DNA of 64,000 bases from Vermamoeba vermiformis (taxonomy: Eukaryota), in assembly GCA_045837725.1 (NCBI GenBank), contig JBEWZL010000077.1, positions 124,001 through 188,000 of the forward strand, written 5' to 3'. Every line of letters begins with the position of its first letter. Position 1 is the stretch's first letter. Positions 53,181 through 64,000 of the stretch are shown here, piece after piece. The position numbers and the translations under genes were made by a program. The notes under the pieces are model-generated. The model had not been told where the DNA came from, searched no databases, and worked only from the letters and a program-made list of their open reading frames with translations.

Positions 53181-55098
53181 TCACTTCCAGACGGCTCTGC
53201 GCAGACACTTGGCGCAGGTGCACTTGAAACCGTAGATCCCCTCCAAGAGTGGGTTGCGTGGCGTGGTGGGCGAGTAACTCGCAAAGTAGTCGACGTAAAG
53301 CTGATCGCCGTCGCGAATATCATTCAGCGCGGTGATTACGATCGTGTTGTTCACGAAGCCAACTTGCGCATTGGGCGTGCAGTGGTGATTGATGAACGAG
53401 CTCAGCGGGTAAATGCCACACGTGTCACCGCCCGAGGCCTTGTGCTTGAACGACTTGTACACGACACTGTATTGTTGCATGATGCCCAGCACGCGCAAGT
53501 ACCACTCAAATGAGAAGTGTTCGGCTGTTGGATGAGAAGGTTAAGCTACGCCAAAAGCAGTAGCAGGTGTCACTTACGATCGATCGGTTGCTTGGCCGTG
53601 CGGAGAGCCTTTCTGAACAGCTTGTAGTTGTTGACAATGTCCGCGAATCTCTTCTCGGTGCTTTGAATAGGCAAGGCTGAAGTGTACAAGTCGAGATGAG
53701 GTAACTCCCAAGCGGACCTGATCGCTGAATTAAGTACTAATATTGGATCTCGGAACAAACGTACAGTTGCGTCTGGTTCTTGATGTTGTACGTGGTCTCC
53801 TTGCCGACCATGCGCAAGGCCATCAATGTATGCAAGTTCTCGGGCGTGGCGTTGTCGCGGTTGTTCTTGAAGTGCATCGCTAGCTCTTGAATAGCAATGC
53901 CACACAGACCCTCGTGATAGTCATTCCACGCACTCGTGCGACATTGGTCACAGCAGTACCGCTCTTGGAAGCAGTGCTGGCAGCTGACTTGACCACTGCC
54001 CAACAATCGGAGGCACCATTGACAGCTGAGATCACGTCAGTTATTAACGATCAAAGATAATGTAGCTAATTACACGTGCCTGTCATCGACAGCTAATGTA
54101 GCGAAGACCACGGGCTTGTGCTCTTTGAGAATGACTGCACCAGGCACGAAGTCTTTGCTGGCATAGAGGCCTCGTTGTTTCTTCAAAGTGGGCACGAAGC
54201 CGATGGCCACTGCTTTTGTTGCCTTCTCTTTGAATCGCTCAAGTTGATTGGGACGGCCACGGAGGTGAGGACGCACGAGCGCGTACTTCTTGAGCAGTTG
54301 ATCTTTGTTGTAACGGATCTTAACGCCTTCAGTCTGCTCGTCGATTTTCTGCAGCTCTAGCAAGATCTTCTCGTGCAGGCCTCGCACTCCTTTGTGCACT
54401 GGGAACCGGTCGATAACAGTGACGCTATATTGAAGGGCTTGCTTGAATGCTTTGAGTCCTATGAGCACTTCAATCATCACCATGTACGACTGCGGATCCA
54501 GGTTAGATCAGATCCGGTACACGAGGTATTGAGATACTGTTATTTTGATTATCGGTTACCTCTATCGAACGATCAATAGCTAGACATGTCCTAGCATCGA
54601 AGTAGGCTTGAGTGAAGTTGTTCAAGGCCAAGTAAGTGCGCGCTCGTTTGAGTAACAGCGAGACGCCTCTGTTGGCAGTAAATTTGAAGATAAGACCGCT
54701 CAAGTACATAGCCACCTCGTAGTTAGCCAAAGCCTCCTTGAACTGCTCTGCTTTGAACGCGGCGTCGGCTTTTTGCTCGTGGTCCATCAGATCCTACAAA
54801 GAAAATTTGTTCGTAAAGTATCAAAATAAGTGCAATAGCTTACATTAAATAATTTGACGACTTCTATAAGGTATTCTTGGTACGATTGCATCGCTGGGCT
54901 CTACAAAAGCTAAGGTCAGATCTCTTCGTGTACTGGCTTGTTCCAGGCTTGGACGAATAATTCAGAGCTCAATAACATACCTTAAGGTTTATATTAAGCT
55001 TATCGAGCACCGTTATGATCATCTTATCCTAAGCAACAAGGTTAGAGCTAGCGTTAGAGTTTGAAGAGTGAGTGCTAGCTTACTGATTGCAGATCCAT
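53181..55098 (-). CDS. TPR + SET/MYND (SMYD-like) lysine methyltransferase
   Basis: TPR (ADAAFKAEQFKEALANY...RARTYLALNNF), pre-SET RGLYASKDFVPGAVIL, MYND finger CQWC..CQHC..YCCDQC..H...C, SET SFINHHCTPNA and LYVDY, post-SET FKCTCAKC. Three small 5' exons join in frame from ATG 55098. Confidence 0.9.
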
Positions 55099-55871
55099 GT
55101 TCGTAGAGCAAGACCACCGAGGACTACGAGGTGTATATGAAGGGGCTCTTGTTGTTTAAGTCGGTCTAGAGAACGTAAAATGATGTTGCTTGCTCTACAA
55201 TTTTTTTTTTTGGTTGTACGCGCATTTCCTAATCAGGAAATTGAGCTTCGGATTTGTATCTAATATTAAGTATAGCGTGGCATGGATATTAAGCTCGAGG
55301 CAAAGGCTTCTATTGCCACGCGCCGCAGATGTCACTGACAGAATCGAAGAAAATTCGTTGACAATTGCCAGCATAATGGAAGAAAATATTAAAATAAATA
55401 AGATGGTCTTATATTGATTTGATTAATTAACATAGAATAATTCAAATCATAATCAAAAAGTAAATGGCGGGCTTTTAAAAAAATTAATTTTGTCGACAAA
55501 ATGATGAGGAAATAGCAAGGATATTATTAAATTCATTTTAATATACTCTTACTTATAATAACCTGGTTTATGCCCTTTTTGATTGATCTAACCGTTAAAG
55601 AGCTTGACGTGCAAAAAAGGGTATCAAGCATAACTCATTGGCGTTTCGCCTTCATATTACTAATATGCCACCCTGTATTGTGTTCGATGATATGGCTCGA
55701 AGATAAAATAAACTCGTGCCACAGAAATTCGGCGGAAAAACGTCCGAAGAAAAATTGGCTGTCTCTTCCGGTTAGTCAAAAGCTCTTCGGCCGCGAACAT
55801 TAGGCCACAACTGTGTAATATAATTGTAATATATAGATTAGTTTGTATCATAATTAAAGCGTTACACCTGG

Positions 55872-58258
55872 ATGCTTAAACTCGTGGGAAATCTAAGTAA
55901 CTTGCTACCTCTCAAATTGAATGTCGGTCACCAGGTAAATTCGAAATTACCATTGATAGTATATGTGTATTTTGCAATATGAGCTCATTAATATCACTGC
56001 AGGCCGACAAATTGGAGGAAGATGTGGAGACGATCGCCAGCTTGCAAAAGAAGCTCGACCAAGCGACGACGTACGCAGAATGGAGGAAAATAGCACTTAG
56101 ACTAGACGAGCTTACAGGTAAATATTGCAATGCTTCAAATTACAGCGAGTCTACGCGGCATCTAGGCGGATTACGAAACAGATTTACTTGCATTTGCAAT
56201 ATTCTATGAAGCCGCTCATAGTAATAATTTGATGTATAGGCAACGAGAAATGGAAAAGGGATAACGAGACTACGATTTTCGATTATAAGCTGATCGAGGC
56301 AAGATTGCGACACTTGAAACTCGCAAAAGAACAAGCTACCGATGGTGGCGACGTTAGACCTTTGTTAAATCTTGTTCGCGTTGGTAAGCGTCATTATACT
56401 ATTGATTTAATTAATTAATTGAGGGAAGTGTGAAACGAGATTTGACCTCGAACTTATGTAGATTGAATTTAACGCCCAAAAATAATGCAATAGGATATTT
56501 ATTAGTTTATAATAATAAATTGGGCGGTGAAACGCAATACTAGGCGGAAATTTCTTGCGTTCCTTCGAAGATGTCGTTTCGAAAATTAACCAAAACAATT
56601 TCCTTTAACAGGTTTAATGCGAAATTTGGGTGGTATGGGTGATGCTAGACTATACGAGAAGTGCTATATTGGTACCAAGTATTTGGTAAGCGAATCGTCG
56701 CTTCTGATCAAGACTCGAAATAATTTTTAACTGAACGTTTCAAATTGATTATTTGCAAGTACCGTCTTAAGTAGGTGAATATTAACGACATATTTTTAAC
56801 AGATAGAGGATTACGTCAAGACTGCAGTGGATTCGCTCAACTTTTTGTTGAACCACGACTTCCCTGATATCTCTATTGTTCAAAAATTCGATTTCTTTTG
56901 GGAGACTCGTCAAGCCTTTGGTCGTACGGCTCTTTGTCTAAGCGGTGGAGCCACATTAGGTAAGTCAGGAGGATCTATCCACGAATTTATTGTTAAATTT
57001 TGAATTTATTCTTGCAGGCATGTATCACTTTGGCGTGCTTAAAACATTGTTCGACAATCACCTCTTGCCTCGTATTATTTCGGGCTCGAGTGTCGGCTCA
57101 ATTGCTGCATCACTTGTTTCAACGAGGACCGACGAAGAACTGCCCGATCTGTTCGAAATGAAGACGATCAAATTTGACGCATTCGATCCTAAGGGCAGCT
57201 TTCAGCGTAAAGTGGCTCGATTATTGTCAAAAGGAGTATTGATGGACATTCAAAAACTTCAATCGATGATTCGCGCAAATGTCGGTGATATTACGTTTAA
57301 AGAAGCTTACGAAAGAACAAAAAGAATATTAAATATTACAGTGAGTCCTACGCATGACTTTGGCATCCCAACACTGCTCAATTACTTGACTGCACCTAAT
57401 GTCGTAAGTAGACCTTTTTTAATTTGACTTTTTTCTGCAAGTACTAACCATGATTAGTTGATTTGGTCTGCCGCAAGTGCATCGTGCGCATTATCGTTCT
57501 TATATGAGCCAGTAGAACTACTCGCCAAAGACGAATTTGGAAATATTGCCCCGTATCATCCTTCAGGTAAATTTCAATATTCCAGCGTCGTATTTAATAC
57601 TCATATTTCATGCAAGTGCTGAAATGGAGCGACGGCAGTGTCGAGAATGATCTCCCAATGACGAGATTGAGCGAATTATTCAACGTGAATCACTTCATCG
57701 TGTCGCAAGGTAAAACTAAAGGCACCAATGGTGATTCGTTGTGCAATCAATTAACGTTATTATTTTGCAGTCAATCCGCACGTCATTCCGTTCTTAGGCA
57801 CCTCAGATAGTTTTGAAAATGAAACTTTGCTTAGTCGCTTGCGCTACTGCGTCTTTTCAGAGTTTCAACACCGCATCAATCAGCTCGGCAATTTGGGCTT
57901 GATACCTCGTCGATTGTCGACTTTGCCGATCGTTTTGTCGCAGAAGTATCGTGGAGATATTACTATAGTGCCAGATTTTGATTTGAAGGACTACGCTCAA
58001 ATTTTATCGAATCCCACTCCAGCGTGGATCAAAGAGGCTTCGATGCGATCTGAACGTAAAGCTTGGCGAAGTAAGTCCTGGAAACGCAATCTTCTTATTT
58101 TTCTCGTCCTAACAATAATATTCGTTACAGAATTATCGATTATCCAGCATCACTTGGCTATCGAAATTGCATTGGATGAAGGAATGCAGAAATTAAGAAA
58201 AATAATTAATAAGGTACCTGAACATGCTCTTACCATTTACAAGAACAAGATTAAATGA
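55872..58258 (+). CDS. Patatin-like triacylglycerol lipase (SDP1/Tgl4-type)
   Basis: [28 protein letters not shown] (nucleophile), [31 protein letters not shown]. Confidence 0.92.
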
Positions 58259-58516
58259 AATCAGCGAAACTTTGTAAATAGACAAAATTGTATTTTTTAT
58301 ATTATAAATTTGAAATCTCGAAACTACGATCAAAAAAGCATAATTAGTAATTAATTGATCGCGGAGCTATTCAAAAGAAGGAGATCCAGATCGGTTACGT
58401 GGCTTTTTTTAGATTTTCCGAAAGAATTTGTCGGAGAAAGTCCAACCAAACAAAACTTTCCAAAAAAAAGCTTTGTGTGACGCATTATCTGTAAGTTTAC
58501 AACAAGACCATTCATA

Positions 58517-60645
58517 ATGCAGCTCAAGAACATCTTAATTTTGTCTGTTCTCTTGTCAGTCGTCTGCTTCATCGCAGCCGAATCTGATGTAGTCGAGTTG
58601 ACTGCGGCCAACTTCGACGAGGTCGTCCAAAACACTCCCAACATTTTGGTTGAATTCTACGTAAGTGATAGATCACAAAGCTATGCAAAATCAAGATAAA
58701 TCTTTTTCTTTGGTGGATTCGTTTGCGCAGCATCTAACTTACTTTGAAGGCCCCCTGGTGTGGTCACTGCAAAAACTTGGCCCCTGAATACGAGAAGGCC
58801 GCTACTGAGTTGAAGGCTAAGGGTGTTACCTTGGCTAAGATTGACGGTTCAGCTGAGCAAGCCATTGCCCAGCAATACGGCATCAAGGGCTTCCCCACCT
58901 TGTTTTACTTCAAGTAAGTGTTCGAAACTGTTAATGAAAATTTTAAGATTGCTGCGATCTTTATTTGCCTTATTAATTAGCTCATAAAAGGAATAATTAT
59001 TTTTTTTTGATCAATTACCTAAATATTTTTCTATTTATAGGTCCTTCGAGCAAGGCAAGATTGAGTACGACGGTGAGCGCAATGCTGCCGGTATTGTCAA
59101 CTGGTGCTTGAAGAAGGTAAGCAGCTTGCAACCTCTGTCTGAACTCGATCTAATTTTCTGAAATTTTAGTCTCTTCCTCCTGTTACCGTTTTGGCCACCG
59201 CTGAAGCCCACAAGGACTTCATCGGTCAAGATGGCACTCAAATCGTCGCTTTCTTGGACACTGAGTCTGAGGGTAAGTCCGATCCCCGTCGGGTATTTTT
59301 TGATGACTCAGCAAATTTATTTAATTTTTAAAAAAATTATAGAGTACAAGGCCTACGAAGCTGCCGCTAAGGACGGTCGCTCTGATGAATTCCAATTCGG
59401 TGTTGTCTCTGACGCTGAAGTTCGCAAGGCGTAAGTATCATTATCGACTTATTATACTTGCTATGATTGCAGCATATTAACAACGTAATATTATTGTTAG
59501 TCTCGGTGTTGAGTCTGGTGTTAAGATGTACAAGGGTGAAGAAGTTTTGTCCTTCGAAGGAACCGTCGAGAAGGAAGCTGGTACGTGCTCGCTAATAATC
59601 GTTCGTGAACGGAGACACGTGTAACTAACACTGCTGCCTCTTCTAGTCGTCACTTGGGTCCTCACCAACGGCTACCCCGCCATTCAAGTCTTGACCAACA
59701 ACATCTTCAAGCGTGCCTTCAAGGACAAGACCCCCGTTGTCGTTGTCTTCCCTGGCGCTGAAGCTGACACCACTGAAGCTTTGAACCAATACACTGAAGT
59801 CGCCAAGGGTTTCAACACCAAGGTCATCTTCACTATTGCCGAGTAAGTCACGCTCAGTTGATTTAATCGCTTGAAATGGTTGCTCATCAAGTTCGTTTCA
59901 GATCTGGTCAACACCAATTGGCTGAGCGATGGGGTGCCTCTGGCAAGAAGTTCCCTACTGCCATCTTGATCACCTTCAAGCCCGCCACTGGCAACCCTAA
60001 GTTGATTGCTCTCGACGAGACTGTTGAAGTCAACCCCGAGGCCGTCAAGACTTTTGTTGCTGATGGTTTGGAAGGCAAGGCCAAGGCTTTCCGCAAGTCC
60101 GAGGAAGTCCCCGCTGACCAAGGCGAGGGTGCTTTCGTGCTTGTCGGCAAGAACTTCGAAGAAGTCGTCTTTGACGAGAAGAAGGACGTGCTCGTTGAGT
60201 TCTACGCTCCTTGGTGCGGTCACTGCAAGAAGTTGGCTCCCATCTACGACCAATTGGCTGAAGCCTTCGCTCAAGTCCCCAGCGTTCTCATCGCTAAGAT
60301 TGACGCCACTGCCAACGGTTACCCCGATGTTGTTGATGTCAACGGCTTCCCCACTCTCTACTTGTTCCCCGCCAACAACAAGGACACTCCTAGTAAGTAT
60401 TCTGACGGCGAGATCTGGATCTGTTGACACGTACTAACCTGATTCTATTAGTCATCTACGAAGGTGATCGCTCATTCGAGTCTTTGAGAGACTTCGTCCT
60501 CAAGAACAAGGCGTAAGTACAGTGGTCATATAAATAGAGAATAGGGCAAGGTGTTAACCATGGTGTTATTTCTAGTGTCGCTTTTGACGAGACTCTTGTT
60601 GGTGCCGCCGAAGAGGACGGTGAAGACGACAAGGACGAGCTCTAA
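58517..60645 (+). CDS. PDI: Protein disulfide-isomerase (a-b-b'-a')
   Basis: Signal peptide, two APWCGHCK active sites, GFPTL motifs, C-terminal KDEL before TAA at 60643-60645, strongly biased codon usage. Confidence 0.96.
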
Positions 60646-60769
60646 GCTGTTTAGGTCGCACTTGACTTAGTAACTATGACTTGTTATAATTAACTCAAAA
60701 AGAGTAACTGGTTCTATAATAAAGAAATCAATTTTAATTACGTTTGTGCACAGTCTTGGTTGCGAGCCA

Positions 60770-60850
60770 CAGCTCAATTGCTCGTATGTCAATTACTCGG
60801 CCGATTATAAGGCCTATTGTCCGTTACCTATTCCACCACCCGTTGCGATC
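60770..60850 (+). pseudogene. Orphan fragment paralogous to the 3' part of the downstream GPI-type gene
   Basis: gattataaggcctattgtccgttacctattccaccacccgttgc (DYKAYCPLPIPPPVA) resembles 61642-61683 (DCRAYCPAPLPPVA). There is no room for a full gene after the PDI stop. Confidence 0.5.
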
Positions 60851-60934
60851 ATTGTCGCGCATATCAATCGCCGTCAACGAACTTTTCAGTTCATAAAATT
60901 AATTTTGGCAAAGCACCACTGCAACGCTTCGAAA

Positions 60935-61884
60935 ATGGTGAGCAAACATAATGGTTGTTATTAATATTAATATTCATACTCATATTGTCTCAGAAATCTG
61001 GAGCGCTCAGTCTTTGTTTTGTCTTTATGACCGTTACTTTCGCATCTGGTCTAAGCTATGTAAAATATGTAACCTACACTGATTCTACTTGCACCACTCC
61101 TAACGGTGGATTTTTCGCTTTCGGGACAGAGGTAATCGACATTTTTTTCTTTAATGATTTTGAAAATATTATTGTAATGCAATACCGTGCAGAACTGTGC
61201 CGCGGATAATGGCTTTCCAACGTGTTGGGATCTTAATGGTGGTCTTTACGTTAAAGGAGAGTGCTTAGATACGGATCCGATGCTTGATCTTCCTTCTAAT
61301 TATGTTACGATGTACATTTACCCCTCGATTGATACTACTTGCAACATGAAATCTCTATCTGGTTCTTACCAGTATGCACATGCCGGTAAGCAACAAACTT
61401 ATTCTCTGGCGTCTGCCTACACGGATCAAACTAACCATCAATTGTCGGATCAGCGCCAGCGGATGTGTGTTTCTACGGCATCAGTTCGTACATTTACAAA
61501 ATGACCGGATGCACTAATGACTGCACTGTGACGTTTAATTACTACGTACAGTCCACCAATTGTTTCAGCGACAGTCCTATCGTACAATCAACGCTGTTAA
61601 TGCCGAATGCGACGTGTGTCCTCAACCCAAGCGATCAATATGATTGCAGGGCCTATTGTCCAGCACCACTACCACCCGTTGCAGTACCAGTAGCGCCACC
61701 CATCACTGAACCAAGCGCTGCACCTTTCACCAGTCCTGTCGCTACACCTGTTACTGCATCAGGACCTTCATCGACCTCCACGCCCGGTCAAGCTCAAACA
61801 CCAGCGAAGAAGTCGAGTTCAGTTGCTCGTACTTCAGTAGGCTTGATTTGGTTGGTTGCAGTGACTTTGTACGCGTTACTTTGA
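60935..61884 (+). CDS. Small secreted Cys-rich protein with P/T/S stalk and GPI-type tail
   Basis: ATG-only exon 1, then KSGALSLCFVFMTVTFASG signal. Y..STC repeats, PVAVPVAPP stalk, hydrophobic end VGLIWLVAVTLYALL. Confidence 0.75.
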
Positions 61885-62088
61885 GCCTTGACCACAAAGA
61901 CATAATCCGATAACTGTACTATACTGAAGATAAATACACGTTGATTACGATACACAATGATTACTATATGCCAATACTGAGGATATCAAGCTAGTCAAAG
62001 TCGCCCATATTAAGAAAATTAGTTTGATGCATTCATTGTTATTTTACAAGTCTAGAAATACACTATTTACAATTGATTTGTTTTCTAT

Positions 62089-64000
62089 TTACACAATACT
62101 CTTAGTCGAGGCAGTAGCAACACCCGAGCGAGGAGTTTGAGTGTTGTCAGATCCGGATGAAGTTGTGTGCGTGGCATTGCCGCGAGGAGTGACGCCCATG
62201 AAGTGGATTTGGAAGAAAGCTATGAGACCGAGCACTACTGCTGGCTCAATGATAAAACCGACCCACATGTAGTTGTTGGAGAGGGTCATTGTCGCGAAGA
62301 CTGAGGTCAGGATCGGATGTAGCAACGAAAAGACACAAGAAATGATAATGGACGTTCGAGTCTAGAAATAAGAATCTTAGTACTGATGAAATTAATTATT
62401 GGAGCTTGATTTGCTTACTCTTCGCAGAGTTTGAATTTTGCTCTTGGATTTGTTGTTGGCTACAAAGTTGTTTAAGAGCTTGACGACTTTAACAGCGACA
62501 GCAATATAGAAGGCAGCAATCATCAAGATAAGAACGGCGGTAAGAATACCAATGTAGAGCATTACACTGGACTGGATGTAAAGCGTGTCGACGATAATAC
62601 CAGCAACAGGGAGGAGATTGAGAATTAATGCGAGAGTAAAGAACGGAACTCGTACTCTATATATTTAAATTTATTAGTATGACGCACGAGGGCAAAGAAG
62701 GAAATTTTAAAATTGGATCCACTTACCTTTTGCTCAAGAACGGAGAAGTCTTTAATCCTTGGTACGCACTAACAGTTTCGAACCAAAAGAAGACCATTAA
62801 TAGCAGACCGGAGACTGTTCATGAAAAGGGAGTCTTAATAAGATCCGATCCGCTTGAAATTTAAATTTGATGAGCTTACACGCCCAAGAATCTTGTAAGA
62901 ATATCAAGAAAGTCTGCATCGGTACAGGATAGAAGCGACCTTCGATAGGGTCAATCCAAAGCACAATCACAACTGTCATTGGAATAATTAGTTGATTATT
63001 TTTAGCGTTCAGATCCGCTTCCGCTTACTCAGAAAATAGACCATTTCAATTAATAAGAACACAAATCCGACGTTCAGGCGGACACCTATGGTTTTAATCA
63101 TGCGCACTAGTTTGAATATGGCGTAAGCTAACAAGCCTCCGTGGCCTAGTTCGATGATGATCTGAACGGTCAAGAACCATCCAGTGCGAAAAACAGCGTC
63201 ATGCCACGTGTTGACAGCTATTAGCAATGTTATAACTGGCGTCATATTGTTATAAGGTACGTACTGGGCTCGAGCTGGATCGTTACGTAGCCTGTTGAAT
63301 TAATAACTTGTTGAAGCAGCTTGTCTCCTTCCATGCCAATCTGGAAAAGGAGTACAAGTAAGAACTAGTGATATTAAATTCCGACAGCAGTGCACAGTAA
63401 TATACTTGTCAATAGCAGTTGAATTTTGTGCGGTTACAAAAAAGTGAAATTTCCTCAATAAATTTATGCAAAGTCAACAAAATCTGAATAATACATGCTA
63501 CTGACATCGGAGACGGATGAGTTATATGGTCGTACTTACGCCGACTACTGGATAGTTAATGGCTTCACCGTGGTTCGAATAAGATTTTTGACCCGGATGT
63601 AGGGTATTATCGAGGATCATTATTCCCACTGCGCCGGCTATTAAAGGGGGAAATATTAGTTTTAATACTGGTAAACTATCCACAACTAAAAATAAACGCA
63701 CAAAAATTAACTTTTGCAATGTAATTTTAAATTGTACTGCGACATTCCCGGTTAGGAAATCTTAAATTCGTATCAATTGTTGTTCCTACCTTGAATAGCG
63801 TAGTTTACTTTGTCTATCATCGAGCATCCATATGTGGTGAGGACTACTATCTGTCCTACCGCGCTGTACTGCTCGCATCCGTTTCCCTGCCACAGATTTC
63901 AAGTTCAGTACGGAGGAATTCGGGCGGCAATAGTACTACCTGACTTACTAGATAGGTGACATTACCGACTACTTGGAACTCTGTCGCGAAGTAATTATGC
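62089..64000 (-). CDS. PA (protease-associated) domain + multi-pass (about 7TM) membrane protein, 5' end beyond the window
   Basis: Spliced translation GNGC...GQIVVLTTYGCSMIDKVNYAIQAGAVGIMILDN...YPVVG fits the PA consensus. About 7 hydrophobic helices follow (63245-62200), then an S/T-rich cytoplasmic tail. Confidence 0.7.

Noticed and set aside
59684-60430. 248-aa antisense ORF
   Set aside because: It mirrors PDI exons. Strong codon bias removes antisense stops, and there is no independent motif.
1-64000. CRISPR arrays, rRNA and prokaryotic operons
   Set aside because: None seen. The sequence is spliceosomal-intron-containing eukaryotic DNA and its repeats are paralogous exons.

Overview
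Intron-rich eukaryotic genomic DNA. Most introns are short (about 45-60 nt) GT-AG with a CTAAC/CTGAC branch point, so the ORF track mostly shows exon fragments. A talin gene, transmembrane TKL kinases resembling those of Entamoeba, and the intron style suggest an amoeboid protist, probably amoebozoan (inference). Left part (1-41 kb), surface/conflict-type genes: an F-box-like/ankyrin gene, a GPI-type FG-GAP-like protein, a membrane F-box-like protein, two tandem secreted proteins with EGF and a zona-pellucida (ZP)-like module, an intronless ADP-ribosylhydrolase, and five paralogous single-pass receptor kinases (K1-K4 on +, K5 on -). The kinases have divergent N-terminal ectodomains and patchwork homogenisation elsewhere. 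K3 carries a frameshift and a 1178-bp TIR element with an 8-bp target-site duplication (TSD). A Crinkler/RHS-like SAM-NTPase-nuclease-HhH gene lies between K4 and K5. Right part (41-64 kb), mostly housekeeping: acid lipase, talin, HMG-box protein, TPR-SET/MYND protein, patatin TAG lipase, PDI, a small GPI-type protein, and a PA-domain multipass membrane protein cut off by the window end. Gene models were spliced by eye, so spans include introns and internal exon boundaries are approximate.
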